64,000 nucleotides of DNA from Selaginella moellendorffii (Eukaryota; Plantae; Lycopodiophyta): positions 1 to 64,000 of the forward strand of contig NW_003314369.1 in NCBI RefSeq assembly GCF_000143415.4, read 5' to 3'. Below, in pieces: positions 23,501 to 34,983 of this stretch. The stretch's first letter is position 1. Each line of letters begins with the position of its first letter. Position numbers and translations under genes: made by a program. The notes beneath the pieces are model-generated. The model was not told the origin of the DNA, ran no database searches, and saw nothing but the letters and a program-made list of their open reading frames with translations.

Positions 23501-26500
23501 ACTCCTTGGCTAAGGATGGTGATGTTCAACTTAGTTGTTTGAGTTTGAGATGTTGGTACCCGTACTATAGCTTTGACTATGAGGAGGTTGTGTACCGATA
23601 TGAGTTCATCTCATGGTCTTCACTTTAGTTTCGACTGAGTGTTGATCATGTATAGCTAGTCTCTTCTAAGGCATGCTCAAAGTTGTTGGCTAAACGCATT
23701 GGTGAGCTTATTGTGGTTGAGTTGGATTCGAGTAGTCATTTAGTTCGTGCTTATCCATGAACTTTTATCTCATACCTGGGGTATTACGTTTATATTGGAC
23801 AAGTATATGACTCGATGATATGAGTTTAGTGTTTAGGTCTTATAAAGGCAAGACAAGTGATTGTCGGTTGCTTTGCAACTAGTGATTGCTTGTAGACTTT
23901 GTCAAGGGCTTTTGACATTTGCTTCACTCGATGATGATTTAGCAATGATGGGCTTGCTTTATCAGATGGGGTTGCGGAGGATCGTGTCGTTAGACTTACA
24001 TGGGTTTTCCATGTTGGCATGTCGACTCTACCTCTGTTGATATCATTTGGTTGTGTTTAGTTCATAGTGTTGGATTTCATTGAGTCTTGGACGTAGTGAT
24101 TCACTCCTTGAGGAAGTTTTATCTGTAACTGAGTTTTGCTGAAGGATTGGTCTCGGATACTAACTAAAGTATTTTTGACTTTGGTTAGCTTAGTTGTTAG
24201 AGAGATTTGAGTGGTGATTCACTTGTGCTTTCTTCTAACTTTGTTATGGTGTTGATGGCATTGAAGTGATGCCTTGTCGTTGACATTGTTGATGTTAAGA
24301 TTTGAGTGAAATGAGATGTCTCTTTATAAGATGGGTTTGGGGTTTCATTAGTTTTAATGGAGATAGTGTCGATGATTTGGCTATAGCTTTGTGTTATTAG
24401 CATTCGCACATTTGTTAGTTAGCAACTCTGTTGACATTCAAGTGAACTGAGTGGCAAGTTTGAGTTAGTTGTGTTCTAGACGAGATTATTTAGTAAAGGT
24501 TGAGCTTTGACTTTTCCTTGAAAAGTGGTTCAGTCGTGGACTATGCTAGCTTTATAAGAGGAAAGAGTTAGTGATTGAATCCTTGCTGAATTTCAGTTTA
24601 GATATATCAATCATTAATGATTCTTCTTGTGCTTGCTATGAAGTGAGTTATGTTTTGCTATAGATGGATTCATGGAGGATCGTTTGGTGATCACTTGTTG
24701 AGCATAGCTTCGTTATGTTTAGCTTTTGAATTGATGCAAACATGCTCTTCATTAGCTTTGCATTATGTAGTATAGCTTATGGATGTGTTGAGGAGGATAT
24801 TGTGGATTGTGCCATGATTTCTTCTTTAGCATTGAAGTTAGTTTATGCGAGACTTGTGATCATTGTTAGGAAAGACTTGGCTATAGACTTCTTCGAGCTT
24901 TTGGTTCTATGAGTTTTATGCTCATTGTTCCATTTGTTAGAAGTTGTTGGGAAGGCATTTTGGCTCATTAGCTTCGATGTTGACGTTAGTTTTTGCATCT
25001 AGCAATCATTGGTGATGATTGACTATCATCTAAGATAGTTGATTATCCTTGTCAAGGGTTTTGCTTGATTATTGTTGGTATAAAATGATTTGCTGTTCTT
25101 CGGGATAGTAGATTCTTTCTTTGATGATGATTATGCATTTCTCTATTGATAGGATGATTGATGATCTTTCATGATGGTTAGTTGTTCTCTTTGATGGCTT
25201 ATAGCTTTTCGCAATACCACATGTTCTTTGTGGTTTGCTCTGGATTGGTCTCTTGGGTTTGAGACATCAGTAGGATGTTGCTGACACTTGCTTAGGCAAC
25301 TTGAGTTCCTTGGTATTGTTGGCTGGGATTTATTCAGATTGGCTTTTGTGATAGTTGGCAGGATTGAGTGTTTGTTGGTTTTACCGCATTCATTTTCTTC
25401 TATTGGTTGTTGCTCGAGTTAGTTTTGATAGATTTGGATGTTATTTCCTTTGGGTGATACATTCGCAAGCATTTTGCTTGTCAGTTAATAATACTTTGTG
25501 TTCTTTGAGTTATCTTTCGTAAGTTGTTTGGCATTCTATCTGCGATGTTTGATAGTTAAGTTTTATCATTGAGTTTCTTTGATAATATCCTTGCTATTGA
25601 ATTTTGTTGAATGGTGATTCCTATGTTTACCAATTATGATAATCTTGGTGGTTCCTATCCTATACTACTGGTTTATCGGATGATAACTTACTTAGAATAC
25701 TTTTGTGTTCTAATCTAAGATTTCATCACTGGTAATCAAGTCTCTAAGATATCATTGTCTCTGACTTTGATAATGTACATCTATTGATCTTTGAGTTTGG
25801 GCCAGTAATGGGCAGATTGGCTTCGGCACTTTGTGTGCATGTTGAAATCTTTAGTCATGGGGTAGCTACTGTCGACTGGTCACATAACCCGCCTCTCTGT
25901 CGATGTTCTTTATTCCGTTGAAAGGGCGTGACCGTGTAAACAACTCTAACTACCTGTTTACAATAGTCTATCTAAACCTTACCGACGGGTTTGGTTTCTT
26001 TGCTCATGAGGGTTGGGACCCCTGGCTCCTCTCTCTATGTCTCTGTGGGCAGGGTATATCACACTTTTGTAAGTTGGATGACAACCAGAGCAGCAAGGGT
26101 GGCTGACTCCGTTGGTCATTTCCTTGTCGGCGACGGCCGGAAGGTGTCTGAGCTGGTAGCGCATCCGCGTTAGATAAAGAGGTTGCCTCCTAACTCATTT
26201 AAGTTGGTGCATTTCTCACATAGTGTGAATACCGTGAACTTTTTCTGGAGTTTTTTCCTTGGCGGTATTCTAGACTCGAGTGTGCATCGACGAGGACGTC
26301 GATCTTCCCTAGGGGGGGAGAGTGTCGCGAATGTGACTTCAGGTATCGAAAGTTACCTGTCGGCCAGTCCTTTCGGATATTCTTTCCTTACTGCCACGAT
26401 GGCAGGAGGTCGGTATTGCTGGACCCGTTATTAGTCTCCGCCTAAGCTAGTTGAGAAACTGGTCATCATATGTGCACTTAGACCAGAAGGGCACTAAGGA

Positions 26501-27050
26501 AGGAAATCCTAAGTTGTCATTTAGTCAAACAGACTTGACACGGTGATGAGAAACTCATGATGTTGGCTTGCACTTGCTAGTGTTGGGAACCCCCGCAATA
26601 TTGAGTTTGGTCCCTCAATATTCGCTAGATGATAGCTTACCATGTCTGCCAAACACCTTCACTATCATGCCCTTAGCGTTAGTCTCAATTCGGTCCCAAA
26701 TGCTATTTATGGAAAGTGTCCAGATTTGCTCATTTGGCATGTCTACGGAATGTAGAGATCGGTCTGAACATAATGGTGTTCGTCCCGTGTCCAAATTCGC
26801 AATCTAACGCCATTCCATATTTAGTAAGTTTCGAGCTTGTCCCAGAGACTAACTCCTGGTATTAAGGGTAGGCTTGGTACCTTCGTTTAGTGGCCCAAAA
26901 CCTCAGGTTCCTATGGATACGTGGCGTGGACATGTGGCATGTGACACATGGCATTTGTCACGTGGCACAAAGATGGTTTAGGTACCGCTTCGTGATGTTA
27001 TCCTATGGTAAATCACCATAGGATAAAGGGTCAAAACCACGTGCGCTACA
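20599..27050 (+). mobile_element. Non-coding LTR element (LARD-like)
   Basis: LTRs 20599-21755 and 26323-27050 (TG...CA), TSD ACCTA, PBS TGGTATCAGA after 21755, PPT AGGGGGGGAGAG before 26323; 4.6-kb interior with no ORF over ~85 aa. Confidence 0.9.
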
Positions 27051-27689
27051 ACCTAGAACCCGATCCTAAAACTCTTCGATCCATCTTAAGATTACTGATC
27101 TATAATAGTACTTTCTATTTCCTATTAGCTGATCCATCCGGAAGGATCCCAAAACTATCCCATTTTTTTCATACCTTCCTTACAAGAGCTTTATGTCCCG
27201 AATGTAGCAGAAAAGACCACCCAAGTAGCAGCCTCAAGATCCAAAGGCCACTCACATCCCTGTCTAGTGTGCCAAAGATGAGAAGCTATTTCATTTCCTT
27301 GCTTCGAAAAGGGGTACAAAAGTAGTGACCCTACTCTCTCTCCTCTCCTTTATATCACCATACATGTCCATCCATACATTTATTCCATACTAGCATGCCA
27401 CGGCATCATCTCTAACTGCTAGCTGCTGGGATCCCTTGGAATATCTTGAATATTCTTTGAATCCTCTTTTTCTTCCACGGAAACACTCAAAACTTCAAAA
27501 ATCTTGGGAAATCTATGAAAAGAGAAAACCACAACCACAATTGATCATTGACACCATAACATACATAAAATCTACTTTATAGTAACCATAAAGAATTCTC
27601 TGCTTACAATAGCATTTCCTTCCATAGGGGTTTCCCTTGCAGCCACTCGCATGAGTATTACAAATGTATCTTGAGTAACTGATTAACTA

Positions 27690-28200
27690 ACATATGGCCC
27701 AACCACATATGAGAACCCCAGGCTCATTGGCCCCAACATCCACAATGCCACAGGATACGCTACCAGGCACACCCTCACAAAATACAGGACAAGCGTGCAC
27801 TCGCTGCCTGTCGAACTTCACCCCACGAGAGAAGCAGTACTGCCCACTATGCAAAACAGATGTAGAGACTGTGTCCCATGTCGTCTATGACTGCCCAGCA
27901 TAAAGACAACACAAGATTCACCCCTCGTTCTTGTTTCTTCTCTTAACCTTCTGCTTACCTTTTTCTGTCTTTGCACCAGGTTCGTGCCAAACTTCACGCT
28001 GCTGGTTTCGAAGACGTCAATGCCTCGGACAGAAAGGTGGACAAAAAGGTACTCGGACACACATATTTTTGACATTTAAGCTCAAATGGCACACTAAAAC
28101 TATCTCTTGGTGTTGGGCGCTACACAGCACAAGAACAGAACGAAAGCAGCCTGTATTCAAGATTTCAAGTTCTAACATTCATCTCTCGTCTGCTGGGATA
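27690..28200 (+). mobile_element. Decayed LINE ORF2 C-terminal fragment
   Basis: zf-RVT-like CPLCKTDVETVSHVVYDCP followed by a W-rich segment. Confidence 0.6.
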
Positions 28201-28524
28201 GAAGATTGGCTTGAGTGCCAGAAAGGCGCTTGACCATGTCCAGGCAAATCACAACAACGATGGGAGCAGCAAAGGCCAGCGCAGTTGCATCACGATCAAA
28301 GGATTGGATACATGCGGCTGTGGAGTTTTGGAGTGAAGCAGAAAGTTCTGTAAGTTTATGTGAGTCAGTCTCTTCCAAGTTGACCATTGTTGACTGGAGG
28401 GTCTGCGTAGATTCTCCTTGTGAACTGGTCCACTTTGATGAAGTATCTCACAAGCTGTACGCTATTACTTGCAATCTTTTTGTTTTTTCAATAATTACAG
28501 CAATGCTATTTACTAACATTTGTC

Positions 28525-28890
28525 GTCAGTTTGCTTTATTTAGATAAATACCTTTTGGACGTTGGGTAGGGTCTCCGTAATAGTCTAAATGTCTCAAGCA
28601 GTGCTGTACCATGCAGAGCTCACGCCCGCCCATGAAGGAAGCCCCACCCGAGAAGATTTCAAGAGGGCAAGTTGGATCAAACTGCGGTAAAAGACTTGTG
28701 GCGAGCCCTCCAATTTTCTTGATTTTAACAATCACAAGATCCAAGGCTTGCTGTTTTACCATCTAGTTAAGGGACGAGAATCTCTTGAGGGAGCTTCATT
28801 TGATCGATTAAGTAAACCTTATAGGCTAGATATGATGTTCCATATGATTTGATTTACTCTTTAAACATTGGGTATCTGCCCTAATTCCTA
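28525..28890. repeat. Local segmental duplicate (second copy at ~32922-33338) of an unidentified gene fragment
   Basis: Near-identical blocks; minus-strand peptide KIKK.GGLATSL..QFDPTC.LEIFSGGASFM..HLDYYGDP in both. Confidence 0.8.
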
Positions 28891-28950
28891 GAAGTAAAGT
28901 ATATAACATGAAATACCTTCTCGTTCTTGTTCTTTACCCAGGGCACAAGA

Positions 28951-30000
28951 ATGCAGCGCGTCTCGAGAGGCGATTTCATGGCGGAGCTGGAGCTCGTCTT
29001 GTTAAAGCTGTCCGCGATCGATCTGTGCCAGGCGAGGTGCGTGTGCCGCGAATGGCGACGAGCAATCGACGCTCCCAGCTTCCGGGAAGGGTATGCGCGC
29101 TCCCATGGCTGCATTCCTCATCTTTCCCTCAGGCTCGCCGAATCCCTCTTCGTCAAGCCAGTCGACAATTCCCCGCGCAGCGAGTGGCGCCTCTTCCAGA
29201 CGCTCCCAGAGGGCATGACCATCGCCAGCACCGACGCGGGCTTGCTGTGCCTGGCCACGTTTGGGGACTTGGATCGGCCCTCCTCCATCTACGTGTGGCG
29301 CTACAGCGATATCAACTCCTCCCCGGTGAGAGTTCCGTTGCCACCAGTGCCCATCGACTGGAGTCGCATGGTGGTGTACACCCGCGACAGGGATCGATCG
29401 ACGCCACAGTTTCGCGTGGCTATCTTCGACAGGCCCTCGCTTGCGTTCTACGTTTACGACTCAGCCCTCAGCCAGTGGTCCGTGCATGGGGACTTGTACC
29501 CGTCGGGCCGGAGGGGCGACCCAGACATGGGCTGTACCATTCACAACAACGGCTTCTATCCGATGTTGCATCACGGTGTGGCGGTGATCCTTTGCACGGA
29601 GACGTGGAGGGTCTTGCGATACAACATGTGGGACGGTTCGTGGAGCATTGCGGATCTTGACACCACCGAGTTGGAGTTGGGATCCAGGTGGGCGTTTGTG
29701 CTGTTGGATCCGGGCCGACTTTTCGTGCTGAGCGAGGACGACAACACGGAAGATTTGGAGGGACTGATCGTCGCGGAGATGCAGGGAGAGAAGTGGCAGG
29801 TCGCGTCGTGCTGTGACGACCTTGGCGATGTGGAACTGTGCGAGGACTTGATATGCACCGATGGGAGCAACAGCATATGGCTGGTCGACTCGGACTGCTC
29901 ACGCATCATGCACTTTGGAGTGGTTTCCAAGTGCTGGTCGGAGGTGGAGACACCAGACACTTTTCAAGGACACAAGGAACTCGCGTGGTTTTCCTGTTAA
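28951..30000 (+). CDS. F-box protein, intronless
   Basis: N-terminal F-box ELVLLKLSAIDLCQARCVCREWRRAI; C-terminal beta-rich FBA/kelch-like region (ASTDAGLLC, VYDS...W); ATG at 28951. Confidence 0.85.
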   Translation: MQRVSRGDFMAELELVLLKLSAIDLCQARCVCREWRRAIDAPSFREGYARSHGCIPHLSLRLAESLFVKPVDNSPRSEWRLFQTLPEGMTIASTDAGLLCLATFGDLDRPSSIYVWRYSDINSSPVRVPLPPVPIDWSRMVVYTRDRDRSTPQFRVAIFDRPSLAFYVYDSALSQWSVHGDLYPSGRRGDPDMGCTIHNNGFYPMLHHGVAVILCTETWRVLRYNMWDGSWSIADLDTTELELGSRWAFVLLDPGRLFVLSEDDNTEDLEGLIVAEMQGEKWQVASCCDDLGDVELCEDLICTDGSNSIWLVDSDCSRIMHFGVVSKCWSEVETPDTFQGHKELAWFSC

Positions 30001-31189
30001 GTAAGTTGTTTCTTTCTTTCTCCTGTTTTTTGTATAAGGTTTTGTCTCCTCCTCTTCTGGCAGCACTCTTATGCGGGTATACAAGTTGAGCGAAATTTAT
30101 GTCCTGCCAACCGTCTCCTCTTTGCTGCAAAAGTTTTCTGTGTGACCACCACTTTTTGTTCCATAAACCTAGCTTCGTTTGATCGTCTAGATCAACGTAT
30201 CTTTTTAAGCGGGTCCATGATTGGAAAGAAAAAGTATTCCTTAAGCAAAACGGAAGTCAATTCCATAAATGAAATAAATAAACCTTACCTTTTAGTTTAC
30301 TTTTTATATATTTACTAAGTATGCCATTTCATAAGTGAAAAATATATTAAAAGTTTTATTTTGACTTGCATCTGATTTCATAAGCTAATATGGTGCCTCT
30401 TGTAGACAAAAGGCTACTTCTAAAGAATGTCAACGTTAGTCACTGCTAGAGATGCACGTATTATGTTGTTTCATGGAGGCAGCTGCATGAGAACTTCACT
30501 GCATTGGAATGGCTTGTCGTGTGCAATAGGGACTTGCTTAATGAGAGCAGTTGACAACAGTTTTGGAATGTTGTGCAAGGATTGGATTATTGCAGTTTGT
30601 TGAGGCTGTAGGCATACACAACAGGCACCAAATTTCTCTCCATTGCAACATGCATTCACCTGCAGCACTTTGAGGAGTTTTGTAGGGTGGCAAGAGATGC
30701 CAAGGATGCCAACCTCTAGCACATGTTTGAACAAATTGTGTTTGTCATGGTTCTACAACAGTGAAGAGGAGCTGTAGGATAAGCTTTTGGCTGCCATATG
30801 CCACTTTAATGAGTTTGAGCTCTTTATGGTATTGCAAAGCATGGCACTATTGCGGCACAATTTTTAGAATGTGTTCAGCATGCATATAGGAATTTTTATA
30901 CATATGTAAGCAACATATACATAGTTGTATGTAGAGCTCAAGAAACTTATGTATGTGTAAATGGTGGGTCAAAACATTTATTTTCCAATCCACAAACAAG
31001 TGGAACTTTACATACTTATTTTCCACATGTTCCAGAACAAATTCAGTCAAGCCAAGCCATGGGATTAGCAAGCTAGTTTCGCCTTGGGTTTCTTCACCTG
31101 CAGAATTCATAAAACCTCCATTACAGTGGTTTGAGGTGCATTTCCTTCCAATTAAAGGCAAACTTGAATAAAATATTCTTGAGGTGTTC

Positions 31190-31920
31190 ATCCTACACTT
31201 TGCAGACCAGTTCGATTACATCTGCACGTCTTAGAAATAATAGGACAAAGAGTACCATTTGTCTGCTTCACTTGTCCATTATAACAAGGATAATATGGAA
31301 TAGATTTTCTGTGCTTCAAACTATAAAATTCAGTGAATGCAGCGACCACTTCGTTTAAGAAATAAAAACCTCTATCACCTACTAATTCCAAAGGACAACC
31401 AAACCTAGTAATAATTTACTCATACAAAAACTCAACAACTTTTCTAATTGTAGCTTCCTTCAACATTTTTACCTTGGCCCATTTGGTCACATAGTCAGTA
31501 TAAATTAATATGTACTTGCAATGAGTATGCTTGCTTGTTGGAAAAGGCCCAAAAAAATCAATTCCCCATTTCTCGAATGGCAACATTGGCAAAAGTGGCT
31601 ACAATAGCATCATATGTCCTTTTGACGGTTTCTCAATCTTTTGACATGGATCCCAACCCCTCACAATGAAATATTTTGGTGCATAGTTGGCCACCAATAT
31701 CCTGTCCTCTTTACCAACTCGATTTTAGCTTCCTCACGAAGATGTCCTCCAAAAGGTGATTCATGACATGCAGAAAAAACTTTAGATACCTCATGAGCTA
31801 GCACACACCATCATTTCCCACATGGTAAAGTTGCCCACCATCAAACTGAAGTGCCGAGATTGAAGAAGTAACTGCTTCTTCTCTTTACTAGAGAAATCCA
31901 AAGGATTACTTGCCACTCTT
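31190..31920 (-). mobile_element. Gypsy integrase remnant, related to the 3873-8050 family
   Basis: WGIDFFGPFP, YYPCYNGQVK; shares FSSKEKKQLLLQSRHF with 3873-4088. Confidence 0.75.
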
Positions 31921-32034
31921 CTCTTTACTAGAGAAATCCAGAGGATTACTTGCTGGATCCATGGCGACATGGAAATGGGGCAGCACGCAGTGCGTGGGGC
32001 GATTGGATTGGAGGAATCGCCCAGGGTTTCATCC

Positions 32035-32830
32035 GTAGTCATGCTACACTGGCTATGTGATCTTGCACGGATGACATCGAGGAGGCCTACCGTCTCATTG
32101 TTTCCACTCTGATTTCTGTCGTTCTTACCAGGCGTGTTCATTTCAAACTCCAAAGGTATTTGGCTGTGCAAAATAGGCGAGCTGTGTCAATCAGGTTCTC
32201 CAAGGCCTGGGAGCAGGATGGTTTTGGATCCTAAGAGGTTTGTTTCAGCTATGGCTTAGATTGCCATTGCAATTTGAGGAGGCAGAGCTGAAGATGTTAC
32301 ATATCTGGTAAACATTGGTTTTGTTCGTGTTTCTTCAATCTGTGATTGCTTCGGGAGAGTCAGTAAACCGGTTTGTGATTCAATCGGGATATGTTTTGTA
32401 CCCTTTGCGAGTATCATAAGATTGTCTTTACAGTCCACCTGTACCCAACTGAGGAGTATGGGACTCTAAACTACATAAACTCGTAACCAGCGGGGCGTGC
32501 CGCTCGACATCACGTATGTTTCACTGTATATTCATTCATTATCCGCGGCAATCCTTTCAGAGCATCACTCGTTGGATTGGAGAACCGTTAAAAGGCCCGC
32601 TATCCTCCATTCAAGTGTAAGTGTGTAACACAAAGTAGCGATTTCTAATAGAGTCCGATTACAATGCTGTTTAATCGCTCAGTGAAGGTTTGCTGCCCGT
32701 GTTCCACAGTTGATCATTTAATACTTTCACAGATCATTGAGTCATTTCATTCAGTTGGTGCGTTTGAATATGTGGAAGTTTCCAGTAGGTCATTGCTCGC
32801 GCGAGAGTGCTATAACCATAAAATTAAAAA
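32035..32830 (+). pseudogene. Degraded partial duplicate of PRMT5 5' exons and introns
   Basis: Blocks such as cacggatgacatcgaggaggc, actccaaaggtatttggctgtgcaaa, cagctatggcttagattgccattgca and ctatcctccat match 55560-56800. Confidence 0.85.
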
Positions 32831-33344
32831 AAGAGTATGCCAGCAACTCTTTTCCTTCCACGAATTGAGGTAACTTTCTAGCTCCTAGAAACAACTGGTC
32901 CATACGCTACTGATACTCCACGTCAGTTTGCTTTATTTAGATAAATACCTTTTGGAAATTGGGTATATCAGTCATGCAAGGGCTAGGGTCTCCGTAATAG
33001 TCTAGATGTGTCAAGCAGCGCTGTCGCTCCGGGAGCTCACGCTTGGGCGGGCGTGAGCTCATGAAGGAAGCCCCACCCGAGAAGATTTCAAGAGAGCAAG
33101 TGGGATCAAACTGCGCTGCAAGACTTGTGGCGAGCCCTCCAGTTTTCTTGATTTTAACAATCACAAGATCACGCAGCCGCGATACAATTGTAAGGCCTGC
33201 CGTTTTACTGTACAGTTAAGGGACGAGAATCTCTTGAGGGAGCTTCGTTTGATCGATTAAGTAAACCTTATAGATTAGATACGATGTTCCATATGATTTG
33301 ATTTACTCTTTAAACATTGGGTATCTGCCCTAATTCCTCAAGAA

Positions 33345-33960
33345 GGCCCATTCTGGGCATATGCTACGATCATCGGGACTGGCCCTAGCTTCGATTGTGC
33401 TGCGGCATCCTCGCGAGGAGCTCCATCAGTTGGGAGACGCAGCCAATTGCATCTATAACTCACGAGACGATATCCCTACCGGGTTTTAACACCATATGCC
33501 CCTCTTGGGCATTTGTTGCAATTAGGAACGACATCCCATCTGGGCATTTTATCTAATCTCTCTGTAGCTTCCTCGACCCCTCCATGGTCTCCAAAAGCGG
33601 AGAATAGGTCTGTCTAAGTTACCTCGTGTCGCAAGGGCATTCGACAGAAGATCTTGTCGGCTTTCTCCAGATGCCCATTGAAGGCATAGCTCTCTCCGAG
33701 AAGCCACACGTCACTGTGCTTCACAGCGGATCTCAGCGATGTTTCTGGTGAGTTTTGGAGGACTCTTGATCCATTCTATGCGATTTTGTTTCCAGATACT
33801 TTCGTTTTCAAGGGACTTCCTTCCCGGATGGTTTGCTGAGCCACGCGTTTCTACTCAAGCATTACCTCTCTCCGAGTTTGGGGAACTCTGTAAGCAACCG
33901 GTTTCTAATCTTGTGTCTTTCAGAAGCTTGGAAATTGTGAAAATTTCATCGCTACAGTGA
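33345..33960 (-). pseudogene. PPR-protein gene fragment
   Basis: Minus-strand peptides IVAYAQNG and EEA..LDKMPRWDVV, typical PLS-class PPR motifs. Confidence 0.5.
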
Positions 33961-33969
33961 AAAGTATGC

Positions 33970-34790
33970 TGTGGCTGCATTCCTCACCTTTCCCTCAGGC
34001 TCGCCAAATCCCTCTTCGTCAAGCCAGTCGACAATTCCCCGCGCAGCGAGTGGCGCCTCTTCCAGACGCTCCCAGAGGGCATGACCATCGCCAGCACCGA
34101 CGCAGGCTTGCTGTGCCTGGCCACGTTTGGGGACTTGGATCAGCCCTCCTCCATCTACGTGTGGCGCTACAGCGATATCAACTCCTCCCCGGTGACAGTT
34201 CCTTTGCCACCAGTGCCCATCGACTGGAGTCGGATGGTGGTGTACAGCCGCGACAGGGATCGATCGACGCCACAGTTTCGCGTGGCTATCTTCGACAGGC
34301 CCTCGCTTGCGTTCTACGTTTACGACTCAGCCCTCAGGCAGTGGTCCGTGCATGGGGACTTGTACCCGTCGGGCCGGAGGGGCGACCCAGACATGGGCTG
34401 TACCATTCACAACAACAGCTTCTATCCGATGTTGCATCACGGTGTGGCGGTGATCCTTTGCACAGAGACGTGGAGGTTTTGCAATACAACATGACCAAGT
34501 TGGAGTTGGGATCCAGGTGGGCGTTTGTGCTGTTGGATCCGGGCCGAATTTTCGTGCTGATTGAGGATGACAACACGGAAGATTTGGAGGGACTGATTGT
34601 CGCGGAGATGCAGGGAGAGAAGTGGCAGGTCACGTCGTGCTGTGACAAGCTTGGTGATGTGGAGGTATGTGAGAACTTGATATGCACCGATGCAGCATAT
34701 GGCTGGTCGACTCGGATGGCTCACACATCATGCACTTTGGAGTGGTTTCCACGTGCTGGTCGGAGGTGGAAACACCTCCAGACAATTTTT
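33970..34790 (+). pseudogene. F-box paralogue pseudogene (F-box lost, frameshifts)
   Basis: Near-identical to 29105-29960 with deletions. Confidence 0.9.
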
Positions 34791-34983
34791 CTTTTTATTG
34801 TTGTTTAAATACATTTACTAATTTTCTATCAATGTAGATGAACACATGTATGCTTAGAAAGTCAAAAACATACTCATTGAAAAATATGTTAAAAGTTTGA
34901 TGAGTATTTTTATTTTTACTTGCATCTGATCTTATCATTAAAAATATGCTAATATTAATTTAAAATAAGCAAGAATTTCCCTT

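Noticed and set aside
28908-29660. 250-aa alternative-frame ORF over the F-box gene (also 33957-34808 and ORFs overlapping 222-1265)
   Set aside because: Shadow ORFs of GC-rich coding sequence with no recognisable motifs.
30400-30960. Possible Harbinger transposase remnant (VDNSFGML)
   Set aside because: A single short motif in decayed sequence with no termini found.
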